64,000 bases of DNA from an uncultured Thermoplasmata archaeon (lineage in GTDB: Archaea > Thermoplasmatota > Thermoplasmata > Lutacidiplasmatales > UBA184): contig CAWJFK010000005.1 of the NCBI GenBank assembly GCA_963842165.1, positions 198,070-262,069 on the forward strand. The letters are read 5' to 3'. Both the position numbers and the translations under genes were made by a program. Positions 1-10,626 of this stretch are shown piece by piece (position 1 is the first letter of the stretch; the number at the start of each line of letters is the position of its first letter). The notes beneath the pieces are model-generated. The model did no database searches. It had not been told where the DNA came from and saw only the letters and a list, made by a program, of their open reading frames with translations.

Positions 1-1263
1 CCGATCTGCCGCCTTCCCGAGTGGGTACGGGCGAGCCCGCTGCCTCGGTGGGAGAGCTTCCCGGCCGAGGAGCTAAGTCCTCGACACTTCGAGGAGGCAC
101 TCTCCTCGCTCTGTCACCTCACCCCGGAGAAGACGTGGGAGGACCGGGGCCTCCTGCTTCAGCAGGAACTCACCGGGGCGTGGCGGGGCCGCTCTCGAGA
201 GCCGGCCGGCGCCTACTACGACATCACGAAACAGGCGTAACTACGGGAAGCATTGTCCCTACGGCCAGTTGGGCCACGACGAGCGGGGCACGGCCCCGGT
301 CGGTGGGGTTCGGGATGGTCGTGTCCCGGGAGCATCACCACCCGATCCTCTGTCGAGTCCTTCCCGGTGGACAGAACGATTCGCTGAGCGTGGCTCCCAC
401 GCTGGAGCTGCTCCAGTCCCAGGGTCTGCGGCATCTGACGCTCGTGATGGACAAGGGGATGACGTTGAAGGCGAACGTGCTCCGAGCGCGCGAGGCGGGC
501 TACCACGTCATCGGGTCGGTCAAGGGGTGGAGCGCCGAGTCGGTGGAGCATGCCTCTCGATGGCCCGGGGAGGAACTGGAGCGCTCGGAGTTCGTGGTCG
601 GGACTTCCCATGGAGGGGCGGTGTATGCGCGGGCGTTCACGGCGCCGCTGCTGGGGCTACCGAAGGTGAGGATCGCGGTGGTGGAGAATCTCTCCCGCAA
701 GGCGGAGGATCGCCAAGCGCGGGACCTTCTGCTTCAGGAGTTGGAGGGACCGGTGGCGAAAGCTCGGTTGGAGGAGATCCGCTCGGAACTGGGCGAGGTC
801 ATCGTCACCGCCCGAGGAAGGAGAGGGTTCCGAGTCGACCCGAAGGCCGTGGAGCGGGAACGGGCGCTGGACGGCCGCTTCCTGCTGTTCAGTACGGTCC
901 TCTCGCTCGACGGGCGAGCGATGTACCGGGAGGTACTTCGCGAAGGATGCGGTGGAGAAGGCGTTCCGCACGAGCAAGGGGGAACTGTCGCTGGGCCCGG
1001 TGAGGTATCGTCGGAAGGATCGGTTGGACGCCTACGCCACGGTGGTCTACGTGGCGTATTTGCTCTGGAGTTGGGCGGAGCGGAGGTTGCAGGAGAAATA
1101 CCCCGAGCGGAGCCTGTCGGAGGCGATGCGCTCCCTCGAGAATCTGGCGTGGGTACGGTTTGGGACCGGGAAATCCGTCCGGGAGTGGGCCACTCGCCTC
1201 ACCACCGAGCAGGAGAAGGTTCTCGCCGCCGTCAGCGCCGTACAGTATGTAGCTACATACTAA
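1..1263 (+). pseudogene. IS1634-family DDE transposase, 5'-truncated by the window and frameshifted
   Basis: Carries YYDITKQ (first D region), LTLVMDKGMT (second D) and YFAKDAVEKAFRTSK (Y-x5-VE..FR..K) motifs, but in different frames. A private extra A makes an in-frame TAA at 238-240, and there is a private extra G near 305. The C-terminal end ...VREWATRLTTEQEKVLAAVSAVQYVATY is intact only in this copy. Confidence 0.8.
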
Positions 1264-1280
1264 CAGGCCGCGAGCTCAGG
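1..1280 (+). mobile_element. IS1634-family (IS4 superfamily) insertion sequence, copy 1; left part cut by the window edge
   Basis: 1-1280 aligns nearly base for base with 38967-40242 and 41419-42694, differing by a few SNPs and 1-nt indels. It has the same right end ...GCGAGCTCAGG followed by TCTGA (1281-1285). Confidence 0.85.
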
Positions 1281-1397
1281 TCTGAACGCTCCTGTGCGAG
1301 GCGTAGCCTCAGGATGTGTTGCACGCTCTATCCCTGGATCTCGAGTTCCAGCGGCCGTTCATGATCGGCGCAACCATGGCGGATCGCTAGACGAAGG

Positions 1398-2130
1398 TCA
1401 CTTGCGTTGGGCTTTTCGCGGGGGCTTGACGTACCCCCCCGCCAGGCGCTTCTCCTTCCCCTCGTAGTACGAATGCTCCGGATGCGCCTTGGGATTGGTA
1501 TCGTCCTTCCACCACATGTATCCGGTGTAGGGGGGTTCTATGTCGTCCTGCCAGAGCATGCAGAGGATCTCGCCCCGATGGAGGTAGTCCTCTTCGAGGA
1601 CATGCCAAATCCCCTCGCGCTCGGTAAAAATCCACTTTCCCCTTGTCGAGCCCACGTCATGCTTCCGGCGGAGCCGGGCTTCGGTCAGGGTGCGGCCGAC
1701 TTCCATCAACTCATGGTCGACCTGTCGGTCCAGCTCACGGAGCCGGTGCGCTCGTCACCCGGTCAAACTTCTTCTCGTTCAGGACCTTGAACAGGGGCTT
1801 GATTGACTGGCGACCGAACATCTTGACCAACCACCAAGTGTAGGCCCCGAGCACATGGAGGTGAACGTTCCGTATCGACCCGAACGTGGCTTCTCTGTTT
1901 CTCGTGAGCACTTCCCAAGGTAGCCGATCGTACAGGTCGAGGTACTTCGCACGGCTCCAACTCTGATACGCGATGATCCGCTGAGTCTCGTTCGCAAACC
2001 CCATGGTACCGCGGTCGCGGAGACGGTCCAACTCTGAATACCTTCCCAACTTCACCTCGTATATCGGCCGAACCTCAGAACGCGCGGCACGACGGGGGCT
2101 AGAACTGTTTGCAAGCACGATTGCGACCAC
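1398..2130 (-). CDS. DinB-family (DinB_2-like) protein, split by one frameshift near 1715-1735
   Basis: ORF 1735-2130 gives the N-terminal half (NVHLHVLGAYTWW). ORF 1398-1709 gives the C-terminal half with HVLEEDYLHRGEI, the typical DinB His...H-RG motif. A paralog lies at 57088-57616. Confidence 0.6.
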
Positions 2131-2337
2131 TCACCGCACTCTGCAAAAGACGCTCGCCGGAAGCATCCAGGGCTGTAAGGATGGGCTGGCCACTAAGATG
2201 TACGAAGTGCGTGGGAGTCGGCTGCTGCAACCAGATCCGCCGAGCTAGGAGGGTCTTAGTCTGCTCGATTTGACCCCTGCTTTAAGTACCCAACTTCAAT
2301 GAACTTTCGGGCGCAGAAGCCCAGAGGATGAGAAAGG

Positions 2338-3078
2338 ATGGCGTTTATTGACGACTTGGGGTTTAGTGTCGCACTGATCCTTGCCGGGGCAGCGGTCCTC
2401 TGCTACGCGTCCCTGCGGGGCTTCTGGCACATGCTCCGGAACGACCCTGCCCAACTGCGGGGGGCCATCAAGGGGTCCGCAATCCCCTCCGGCTTCATCG
2501 GCGCAGTTGCCCTCTCCCTCGGCCTCTTCACGGAGTACACTTGGCCCTACTTGCCGGCCGACGGACTCGGCTCGTATAACATCTTTTTTGGAGATGTCAC
2601 CTGCCTCTTTGGCATGGTCATGCTGGTCTACGCCATCGTCGCGTTCTATGGACTCAAGCTCGAGTACGCGGGCCTGTTCGGGTTCGTCGCGGGCATAATC
2701 ACCGCTTGGTATGGGTACTGGGGGTACACGACCCTGGTAAAGCCCGGTGTCTTCGGATTGACGAAGGACCCCCTCGAGACTTTCCTTCTCTACGGGGCGT
2801 ACGCGGCCGCAGGAGTTCTCTCACTTCCAGCCGCCTTGGTCGTGGATTACTACCTCGAGCACCCGGGACCTACATTCCCGAAGCTCTCGATGAGCAGGAA
2901 GCCCATTACGGACCCGGTCGAGGAGAACAAAGCGACCCCGGTGAGTGGCCGGTACCACGTGCCGTACTGGGTGTACGCGCTGACCGTCTGGTTCCCCATC
3001 TTCATGTTCCTGGCGGCGCTCGCGGCCTGGTTCTACATCGGAGACATCCTGCCGGGCCACCTCTCCAGTCCGCCCTGA
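2338..3078 (+). CDS. Polytopic integral membrane protein (possibly DUF981-like; family uncertain)
   Basis: ATG at 2338. There are 6-7 hydrophobic segments rich in G/A/Y/W. A TTTAAGTA box lies about 55 nt upstream. Stop is TGA. Confidence 0.7.
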   Translation: MAFIDDLGFSVALILAGAAVLCYASLRGFWHMLRNDPAQLRGAIKGSAIPSGFIGAVALSLGLFTEYTWPYLPADGLGSYNIFFGDVTCLFGMVMLVYAIVAFYGLKLEYAGLFGFVAGIITAWYGYWGYTTLVKPGVFGLTKDPLETFLLYGAYAAAGVLSLPAALVVDYYLEHPGPTFPKLSMSRKPITDPVEENKATPVSGRYHVPYWVYALTVWFPIFMFLAALAAWFYIGDILPGHLSSPP

Positions 3079-3222
3079 GGGGTAGGACGCCCAACCGGTT
3101 CAATCGACCGCGAGGGGGGCTGCCCAACCGGGTAGCTCCTCCCTCGCCCCGCCGCTCATGTGCAGCCGTTGCCACCTTGCGCGGGGGCGTCGGGGCAACT
3201 TCGATAGCGGCCCCCCCACCGG

Positions 3223-3994
3223 TCAATGTGTGGAACGTGAGGTTCGAGGAGGCGCCCTCGCGGACGCCGTCCTCCAGCGACCCGGCCTTCCCTGGCTCCG
3301 GAACCCGTAGAGCCCCAGTCCGGCCCTCCCGGAGGGCGTGGCATTCCGCCAACGGGCCCAGTGAGCTAGGGCCGGGCATAGACCTCCGCCCGGTCCATGA
3401 TCGACGATCGCGATCCCGCTTCGGGTCAATCGGGGATCGAGCCGGAAGAACTCCTGCTGGGAACGTCGGTCGTCGTGCGGGACGTCGTAGACGAACAGGT
3501 CCACTCGGTCCAATTCCTCGGTAAAGAGCGGGATGATGTCGGCCTTGTCGCCGATTCGAAGGTCCCACCGTGCGTCGGAGCGACTCCGGCACGGCCCATC
3601 CGGATTCTCGCCCCGTAGGAAGGGACCACGACGGGTTCTTGGATGCTGGTCGCGTCCCAGCGCGGGAGGGGGTCCGCTTGGGTCGGTCGATCGAATGGAG
3701 GGTTCCATGCTCATTCCGCTCGAGCGCCTGCAGTAGGTACGCCGAAGATACTCCCGAGGATACGCCGACCTCGACGACGTGTCGGGGGCGCACCAAACGG
3801 ACAATCGCGTACAGTTCTAGGGGCGCATCTATCTCGATGTAGGAGGCCCGTCCCTCTTTTGCGTGTTCAGCGGAAAGATGGTTGAACAACCGTCGTTCTC
3901 GACCGGCCTCCTGGACGAATCGGTCCGCCGCTCCCAGCTCGCTGGCCGTGAGCCCCGCGACCCACGGCACATCGACGTCGTCCTCGGCGCGCAT
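3223..3994 (-). CDS. Class I SAM-dependent methyltransferase (Methyltransf_24-like), frameshift near 3580
   Basis: N-terminal half has VVEVGVSSGVSSAYLLQAL (SAM-binding GxGxG-type loop). C-terminal half, in another frame, reads RWDLRIGDKADIIPLFTEELDRVDLFVYDVPHD...GIAIVDH. Confidence 0.6.
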
Positions 3995-4020
3995 GGGGTC
4001 AGTTCCTGCGAGGGTCCGTC

Positions 4021-4465
4021 CTACTCGAGAAGTCCCTTCGTATCTCCGATCCACTCCGAGGCGCGTTCCACCTTCGGGCGCGCTGCCAAGATCCGGTTGG
4101 TACGCTGCGTCCAAGCTGAGTTTCTCCGCTCGGTGGAGGTACCAGGCTCCCGCCAGAGGGGACCGACGCACTCCGTGACCACAAAACATCAGCACCGGCT
4201 CGTTCCGGGCGCGTGCGGCCCCGACCGACTTCGCCAGCTTGTCAAGGTTGGCCACGATGGCTCGGTCCGTCGATTCGTCGTAGATCTGGACATGCGTCCC
4301 CTCCGGCATATCGTCGGGCTCCTCATCCAGAACGCAGAATCGGGTTCCTCGGAATTTGGTCGCGTCCCTCCATCCACCGACGAAGACGTCTGGGGCGATT
4401 TCCGAGGGGCCGGCGGGTCGGGAACTCGGGCGCGCGGCGTGCGGGGGCTTCCGAGAGGCTGCCAT
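4021..4465 (-). CDS. Dual-specificity / protein-tyrosine phosphatase, frameshift near 4085
   Basis: Active-site loop is VLMFCGHGVRRSPLAG (C-x5-R-S). After LSLDAAYQ, a frame switch gives RILAARPKVERASEWIGDTKGLLE-stop (TAG complement at 4021-4023). As sequenced, the ORF instead runs on into the methyltransferase. Confidence 0.65.
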
Positions 4466-4585
4466 GATCGCTTCAAGCTCCGACCGACAGATAAGCGACG
4501 CATGTGGGTGGAACACTGACTGTGCAACATATGATTCGCGCAGGGCGGGCTAATCCTCTAAGTCTACCGCGACCCTGTCTCCGCT

Positions 4586-5640
4586 GTGAGAGTCGCCCCC
4601 CGAGTGATGCTCAGCCCGGAGGAACGCGTACATCTTGAACGCCTGTCCCGGATGCGCGACCCCGAGGACCCACGCCGGCTGCGCGCCCGGATCATCTTGG
4701 GCGCGGCCGAGGGGGAGGAGGATATCGAAATCGGCCAGGCCCTGGGGGTCGCGCGCCAGACCGTCGCTCGCTGGCGTCATCGATTCCTCCTCGCCCGTCT
4801 CCGAGGTATCGAACGCACGAATCCACCTCGGCTGACCCGGGGGCGGATCCCCGAGCAGCGCATTCGGTCAGTCGTTCGAGCCACGGTCGCGCATCACCAC
4901 TCGGACAGCCGCCTCCCGAGCCTGCGAAGCCTCGGGCGGTCGTTCGGGGTCAGCCACACCACAATCCGTCGGGTGTGGGAAGAGAACGAGCTCCGTCCGG
5001 TGCGGTTTGAGGCCTGGCCCGCCCGCCCCGATCCCAGTCGCCCGCTTCAGCCGCTGGACGTGATCGGGGTCTACTTGGGTCCGCCCGACTTTGCTGTTGC
5101 CTTCTCCGTCGGACCACCCCTACCTACTCGGGCCGTACCGGCGTCCCCCGTTGGACCCGTCCCCAGTGGTATCGGGCGCTCAACGAGTTGATCGAAGATT
5201 GGGCGGCTCGGCCCGACTCGAGCCGCGTAGGGCACCGCCGGGACTTCTATCGGTTTGTCGCGGAGCTCGGCGAGCTCGGGCGTGATCGGACCAAGATCCA
5301 TGTGATCGCGACCGGGCCCGGAATCACGTCGAGCCATCCACTCCAGCGGTGGCGGGTCCGCCATCCTCGGGTGATGTTCGAATTCCCGGTCATTCATGAG
5401 GACTGGCGCAGTCGTGTAGTCGCTTCACTCTCGGAAATCGGAGGAGCGGAGAGAGGTCCGCGCACCTTTGCGACCCGCGTGGAGTTGGCTCGCGCGATCC
5501 GGCTCTTTCTAGAGAGCTATTCTGACTCGGGAGGCCCCTTCCAATGGGTCGCCTCCCCCAAGGACACGGCGGCCCAGGTCGCGATCGGCCGGTTACGGTA
5601 CGACCTGAGCATTACAGGGCACGCTGGGTTCAAGACCCCG
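4586..5640 (+). pseudogene. Degenerate IS630-family transposase relic (HTH domains kept, DDE residues lost, internal deletion, frameshift near 5188)
   Basis: The N-terminus MRVAPRVMLSPEERVHLERLSR...GQALGVARQTVARWRHRF...GVSHTTIRRVWEENELRP is colinear with IS630 transposases. The expected catalytic D1 (VDEKSQ) region reads SVGPPLP, the D2 region reads IHVIATGP and the E region reads RSRVV. The C-terminus is GGPFQWVASPKD. Confidence 0.6.
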
Positions 5641-5658
5641 AACCCCGTCGATCCTCCG

Positions 5659-6781
5659 ATGAGCGGCCCCAACCGAAGCGCCAGCCGCGTTCGGGCGATG
5701 GCCCGTTCGGTCTTGGTCAAGTCCCTTCGCGTGCGAAAGAACGAGCGGGTGGTCGTGGAAGGCTGGACGGGCACCATGGAGGCGGCGAACGCCTTCGTCC
5801 TCGAGGCGTTGCGTCTGGGGGCCCAGCCGTTGCTCTTGTATCGGGACGAGCCAACCTATTGGGCCGCCGCGACCGAGATCCGCCCGCGGCTCTCGCGCGG
5901 ATAGGAGAGCACGAGCGGGCGGCCCTCGAACGGAGCGACGTCTTCGTCAGCTTCTTTGGCCCAAGCGATCGTGAGCGATTTCATGCGCTTCCGCGCGCCA
6001 CCATGCTCAAGCTCTGCGAGTTTCAGGACTCGCTCTACGATGCGGCGGCGAAGGCCGGGGCCCGGTCGGTTCAGTTGGCCCATGGTCGAGTATCGGAAGC
6101 GTCGGAGAGGATGTACGGGGTCGACCTCGACCGATGGCGCAACGAGCTGATTGACGCGACCTTGGTCGATCCGAAGGAGCTCGAACATCAGGCGCACCGA
6201 TTGGTGCAGCGGCTTCAGGATGGGAAAGAATTGACCGTTCGCCATGCGGGCGGGACCAATCTCCGTCTCGGGCTGCGGGGTCGCGTCCCCGACGCCGCGG
6301 TAGGAAAGGTGCGGGGAACCGACACGAGGAGGAAGTGGAACTTGGTCCAGCTGCCCGCAGGGGTGGTCACGGTCGGGCTGGACGAACGTGTCGCGGACGG
6401 GACGTTCTGCTCGAATGTCACGAACTCCGTGGGCGTCATGGATACGATCGGAGAGGTGAGCGGAGGGCGTTGGACCTTCGAGGACGGTGGTCTGAAACGA
6501 TTCCACTACGATCGAGGCCACCAGTTGTTCGCCCAGAGCTATGGCCGCGCCGGCCCGGCCGGGAGCGGCCCGGGATTCTTTCGATCGGGTTGAACGAACG
6601 GATCGAGATCGCGCCCCTCCTCCAGGACCAGGCCTACGGGGCGGTCACACTGCAATTGGGGAAGAACGATCACGTCGGGGGATCCAACCGCGTCAACTGG
6701 TGGGGCTGGCTCATCCTTCGGGGGGCTGATGTAGCGATCGATGGTGATCCCGTCGTTCGGGGAGGGAAGATCGTTCCGTGA
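5659..6781 (+). CDS. M29-family aminopeptidase (AmpS/aminopeptidase T-like), two frameshifts (near 5885 and 6565)
   Basis: Three consecutive frames give MARSVLVKSLRVRKNERVVVEGW...EALRLGAQP, then ...SDVFVSFFGPSD...ELTVRHAGGTNLRLGL..., then ...ILSIGLNERIEIAPLLQDQAYGAVTLQLGKNDHVGG. Confidence 0.65.
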
Positions 6782-7023
6782 CTGTCGGAAGACGATTCTC
6801 GCCTGTCGGACGCACATCTCGCTCGACGGACGAGCCCTGACCCCTGGAGAGGAAGTAGCCTCTGCTCGGGAAGGCCTCCTTCGATCTGAATGAGGGGTAT
6901 CCCACCGACCCGGACGGCATCGTGGGCCAGGGAAGCACGACCCGCGATTCTTCCCCGCCAGTAGGTGCGAGGGCCATTACACGCTGACGTTGCGTTCCTC
7001 GGCAGATGGCTCGACCAAACCTG

Positions 7024-7410
7024 TCAAGGCGTTGGGGGAGGGGCAACCACAGGGGAGAACGAGATTGCTCGGTACGATCCGGCCCTCCGGCATTGAATCT
7101 GAACGCAGTCTATCCCGCTGAGGGGTGGACGAGTTCCTCCGAACTCGGTCGTCCATGCTTGCAGCAATGAGGAGTGGTGAAGGGATAGGATCCGGAACGT
7201 GCAACGGCCGTTGGGGAACTCTTTCCGAAACTGAGAGATTTCCTCAAACTGTCTGTCGACTCCGCGATACTCGCCGTAAGGGCTGGAAATCTCGATCTCA
7301 GAGGCGCAGGTTTCTTCAAGAAGCCGGCGCCGTTCGACCGAGTCGGGCACGTTCCAAGCCTCGATGAATCTTTCGAAGGTGGCGAAGAATTCGATGTGGG
7401 AAGATGTCAT
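7024..7410 (-). CDS. NTF2-like / SnoaL-like family protein
   Basis: About 125 aa with FERFIEAWNVPDSVERRRLLEE...GEYRGVDRQFEEISQFRKEFPNG, a typical NTF2-fold layout. The C-terminal end is uncertain. Confidence 0.5.
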   Translation of the reverse strand: MTSSHIEFFATFERFIEAWNVPDSVERRRLLEETCASEIEISSPYGEYRGVDRQFEEISQFRKEFPNGRCTFRILSLHHSSLLQAWTTEFGGTRPPLSGIDCVQIQCRRAGSYRAISFSPVVAPPPTP

Positions 7411-7545
7411 TCGGGCGCTGACTGCTCGCGGCGGTTAAGTTGTTTGGCGGGCATCGATACAGTCTTCATTTAGAAGCGCGGACTGTCTGAGGCGAATCCA
7501 TTCGGAGTGAGCAGATGCTACCCCTGACGGAGCGGTACGCGAGGT

Positions 7546-8061
7546 TTGGGCCCCCGTACCGCCAAATGTACATTTCACGTACCGCGTGGGGGAGTTTGTC
7601 TCTCGGCATTCGTGGTGGCCCGGGATAGGCAAGGGCGAATCCTGTTCGGCCGCCCCCGGGTCCATTCTGCCTGGCCAGAACGGGGTTGCCTTCCCCTTTG
7701 GCGGGTCCGAGAGATTCGGAAGAACGGGGAATGGATCCTGCCAGCAAGTCATCTACTGATGGGGGAGGCGCCGGATGATGCTGCGCGGCGGATCGCGCGC
7801 ATTTGGTTGGGCCTGCCAAAAGCCAGACCTCGGTTGGCCGCCATCGACTCAAGTGGCTTTCCTACGGGTGGCCGGTCAGGTTCCGGGAAGACTCGGCGGA
7901 GAGAGCATCATTGGACGCTCGGCTTCGTCTACGAGCTCCGAATCGACCGGCTACCCCAGACGCCTCCGCCGTGGGAAGAACTTCGGTTCTTCCCCAGGGC
8001 CGATGTCGGAACAATGACCATTGGTCGCATGCACCGCGACCTGCTCCCGCTCGTGAAGTAA
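7546..8061 (+). CDS. Nudix-fold protein with a degenerate Nudix box
   Basis: GEWILPASHLLMGEAPDDAARRIARIWLGL aligns to G-x5-E-x7-REUxEExGU, but the REExEE glutamates are replaced (RRIARIW). Confidence 0.5.
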   Translation: MGPRTAKCTFHVPRGGVCLSAFVVARDRQGRILFGRPRVHSAWPERGCLPLWRVREIRKNGEWILPASHLLMGEAPDDAARRIARIWLGLPKARPRLAAIDSSGFPTGGRSGSGKTRRREHHWTLGFVYELRIDRLPQTPPPWEELRFFPRADVGTMTIGRMHRDLLPLVK

Positions 8062-8233
8062 CCAATCTCGATCTGAGTGTAATGTCAATTGCGCACACTA
8101 CCGGCGCGTTGCAAAGGGAACCTTTCGACCGCTCCGAATTGCTCAGCCCCCACCCAATCACCACGCCTCACGGGAGAGGGGCGAACCATCGGAGAGGCAT
8201 CCGGTAACTCGGGGAAGGTCCGTTCAGCAGAGC

Positions 8234-9144
8234 CTACTTCGCTTCGGGGGGCCGCCCGTCCCGTCGGGGTTGCCTACCAATCAGCCGCCCGCGCCGCCAG
8301 AAGAACAGCCCTAGCGAAATTGCTACCGCTCCAAGCGTCGTCCCCACGACGACATACGCGACCGCGGGTGGTAGACCCAAGAGCGTTGGCGGCGCTGGCG
8401 AGATCGTGGACGTGAAGTTGATTGTCACCGCCACTGCGGATCCGGCCACAGTCACGAAACCGGTCGACGGGGAAGCCGAAAATCCGGAGACGTTACCGAG
8501 AGATACGGGTACGTCCCGTTAGGAAGCACGAGAGAAATGGCCGCAGTTGTTGCCGACTGCGTAGTTCCGTTGATGGCTACAGACCAAGTGGTGCCGCTGG
8601 GAAGGCCGTTCTCCATAAAGGTCACCATCGGAGGGGTCAAGGTGACGCAGATGTCGTTATTCAAGATTGGTGATGCCGTGAAGGTGTTGTTCAGGACGTC
8701 ACCGTACCAAATCTCCTCATGACACCAATTGCGGTTGCCGGGCGTTCCGTTCCAAACTTTCCAGGCGAGCTGCCAGACTCCGACCTCAGGGTAGGACCCA
8801 CCCGCCGGAGTGAGGTTCTCGGCGGCCCACTCCGTAGTCCCGTTGACCAATGTTGAACGTAGATCTCCCCATTCGTCAATCAGGTTCTCGAAGAGAGTAG
8901 TCGCACAGAGCTTGTGCCAAATGATCGTGACGTTCTTAGTGTAGTTCGTACCGGTCGTGTTGTAACTCTGGCCCGGCCACTGGCTCAACCCATTTGTCAG
9001 CTCGCAACTTACGTTCAACTCGCTGCTTGGTGGAGTCGAGGGAGACAGGATCGATGGAGAGGCGCGGGTGGGGGTGGGAAGGAGCAGGAGCCCAACGACG
9101 GCGACCGTAATCAGCAGGAACGCGGTGGTGGCGACGCTGCACAT
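8234..9144 (-). CDS. Secreted, sequon-rich surface (glyco)protein with a C-terminal TM anchor, frameshift near 8455-8475
   Basis: Signal/anchor TAFLLITVAVVGLLLLP and many N-x-S/T sites. The FMENGLPSGTTWSVAINGTTQS...LPNGTYPY module is common in archaeal surface proteins. The next frame continues VTVAGSAVAVTINFTSTISP...AYVVVGTTLGAVAISLGLFFWRRGR. Confidence 0.6.
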
Positions 9145-9564
9145 CTAATCCCCGTACGCCGGAAAAATGGATTAGGGCATAGTCCAGTTTGATTGACCCA
9201 GCACTCCCCTCCGTTGCAATTCCGCCCAAGGAACTTCCACCCGAGCCATCTCTTCAGAACAAGTGGTCACGCAATGGAGGATCGTCAGGGCCCCGACAGG
9301 GGACTGAGGTTCCGTTGCTCGGATTTCGTTGTACTCGGGCGTCGTGATATTGGCCGCCGCCTTTGTCATGAAGTCATTCCAACTTCCGCCTGGCTGATTC
9401 AGGCGACGCCGGAGCAACCGCGTTCTCGCGCAACAATCTTTGGACGATCGTCCCCGGGTCTTTGCGCGAACAATCTCGTTAGCGCGTTCATGGTGGTGGC
9501 ACAAACGCATCGGACCTCCAGATCTTGTCGAGTCGGGCCGCCCAAGGGAACATCCTAATCGGGG

Positions 9565-10044
9565 ATGGCCATCCGGAAGATTGTGAAGCGGAGAGCCGAT
9601 CCTCTCAAGGGGGCCCAGCATCGGAAGATCGGAGGCGACCTGTTCAACTACACCTGGTCGCTCCTCGAAAAGAAGAATCGTACCCAAGAAGAAAGGGACG
9701 AGATGGTCCACGCAACCCACGCATCTCGCTATCACTGGGGACGCGCAGGAACCGCTCGCAACCTCTCGATCGGCGAGTGGCAGATCTCCCGCGTGTACGC
9801 AGTCCTAGGGCGGCCCGAACCCGCCATGTACCACGGCCGTCGGGCGCTGGAGATTGCGCAGCGGAGGGGGTTGGGTCGCTTCTACGTCGGCTACGGATAC
9901 GAAGCATTGGCTCGCGGGGCGTCCGTTGCGGGGGAGCGTCGGTCGCGAGACCGCTACCTCCGGGACGCCCGGAGAATCGGCGCCTCTGTGCCTAACCGGG
10001 ACGACAGAAGGATGCTACTGGAGGACCTCGCAACTATCCGATAA
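9565..10044 (+). CDS. Conserved hypothetical protein (helical)
   Basis: ATG ORF of 159 aa with NYTWSLLEKKNRTQEERDEMVHATHASRYHWG...GEWQISRVYAVLGRPEPA. I cannot name a family for it. Confidence 0.5.
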   Translation: MAIRKIVKRRADPLKGAQHRKIGGDLFNYTWSLLEKKNRTQEERDEMVHATHASRYHWGRAGTARNLSIGEWQISRVYAVLGRPEPAMYHGRRALEIAQRRGLGRFYVGYGYEALARGASVAGERRSRDRYLRDARRIGASVPNRDDRRMLLEDLATIR

Positions 10045-10126
10045 TGTCGGGGCGGCTACGATCTTGGGACGAGTTTCCGGGGGCAGGTTGTGGGCCTTTT
10101 AGGGGCTCCCCGCATCGGCGGAGGCT

Positions 10127-10555
10127 ATGCCCCCCAAGAATTCCACGGCCACGGCGGATGCTACGTCTGCGAACTTCGAGGCCCCGTCGATGGGCCTATT
10201 CACCCGCGACGTAAGTCGACTCGTCCGATTCTACGTGGGGCTAGGGTTCCGGGAGACGTACCGGAACTCCAAAGAGGGACCGCCCGACCACGTAGAGGTC
10301 AAGTTGGATGGACTCACGATTGGGATCTCATCCGTCGACGCAGCCGTTTCTACTCACGGCTTGAACCCGAACCTCGGGGGGCGCCCTGTTTACATTCTGC
10401 TTTGGACCCACGACACCGATGCCGCCTACAGTCGAATGACGGCTGGTGGCGCGGTTTCCCTCAGGCCACCCCAGGACTTCCTCTCCAATCTCCGTACGGC
10501 CTGGGTGGCCGATCCTGACGGAAATCCCATCAACATCGCGCACCGCAGACCCTGA
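10127..10555 (+). CDS. VOC / glyoxalase-bleomycin resistance family protein
   Basis: RLVRFYVGLGFRE...HVEVKLDGLTIGI...VADPDGNPINIAH. The start could instead be the internal Met at 10190. Confidence 0.75.
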   Translation: MPPKNSTATADATSANFEAPSMGLFTRDVSRLVRFYVGLGFRETYRNSKEGPPDHVEVKLDGLTIGISSVDAAVSTHGLNPNLGGRPVYILLWTHDTDAAYSRMTAGGAVSLRPPQDFLSNLRTAWVADPDGNPINIAHRRP

Positions 10556-10626
10556 GGGCGGAACGGGCTCTCGGATGGCGTGGCTAGCGATTGAACACGG
10601 GTCGGCATCCTAGAAGGTGATGGGGG

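Noticed and set aside
3002-4516. A single 504-aa ORF taken as one multidomain protein.
   Set aside because: It is a run-on of two genes, phosphatase and methyltransferase, plus non-coding tail in GC-rich DNA. Frame-switched translations give canonical C-termini for both genes.
9172-9735. ORFs 9172-9735 (-) and 9193-9558 (+) in the 420-bp gap upstream of 9565.
   Set aside because: Both have Arg/Pro-rich composition and no recognisable motifs. They overlap each other and the real gene start. The region instead carries motif copies and a direct repeat of GCGC(G)AACAATCT.
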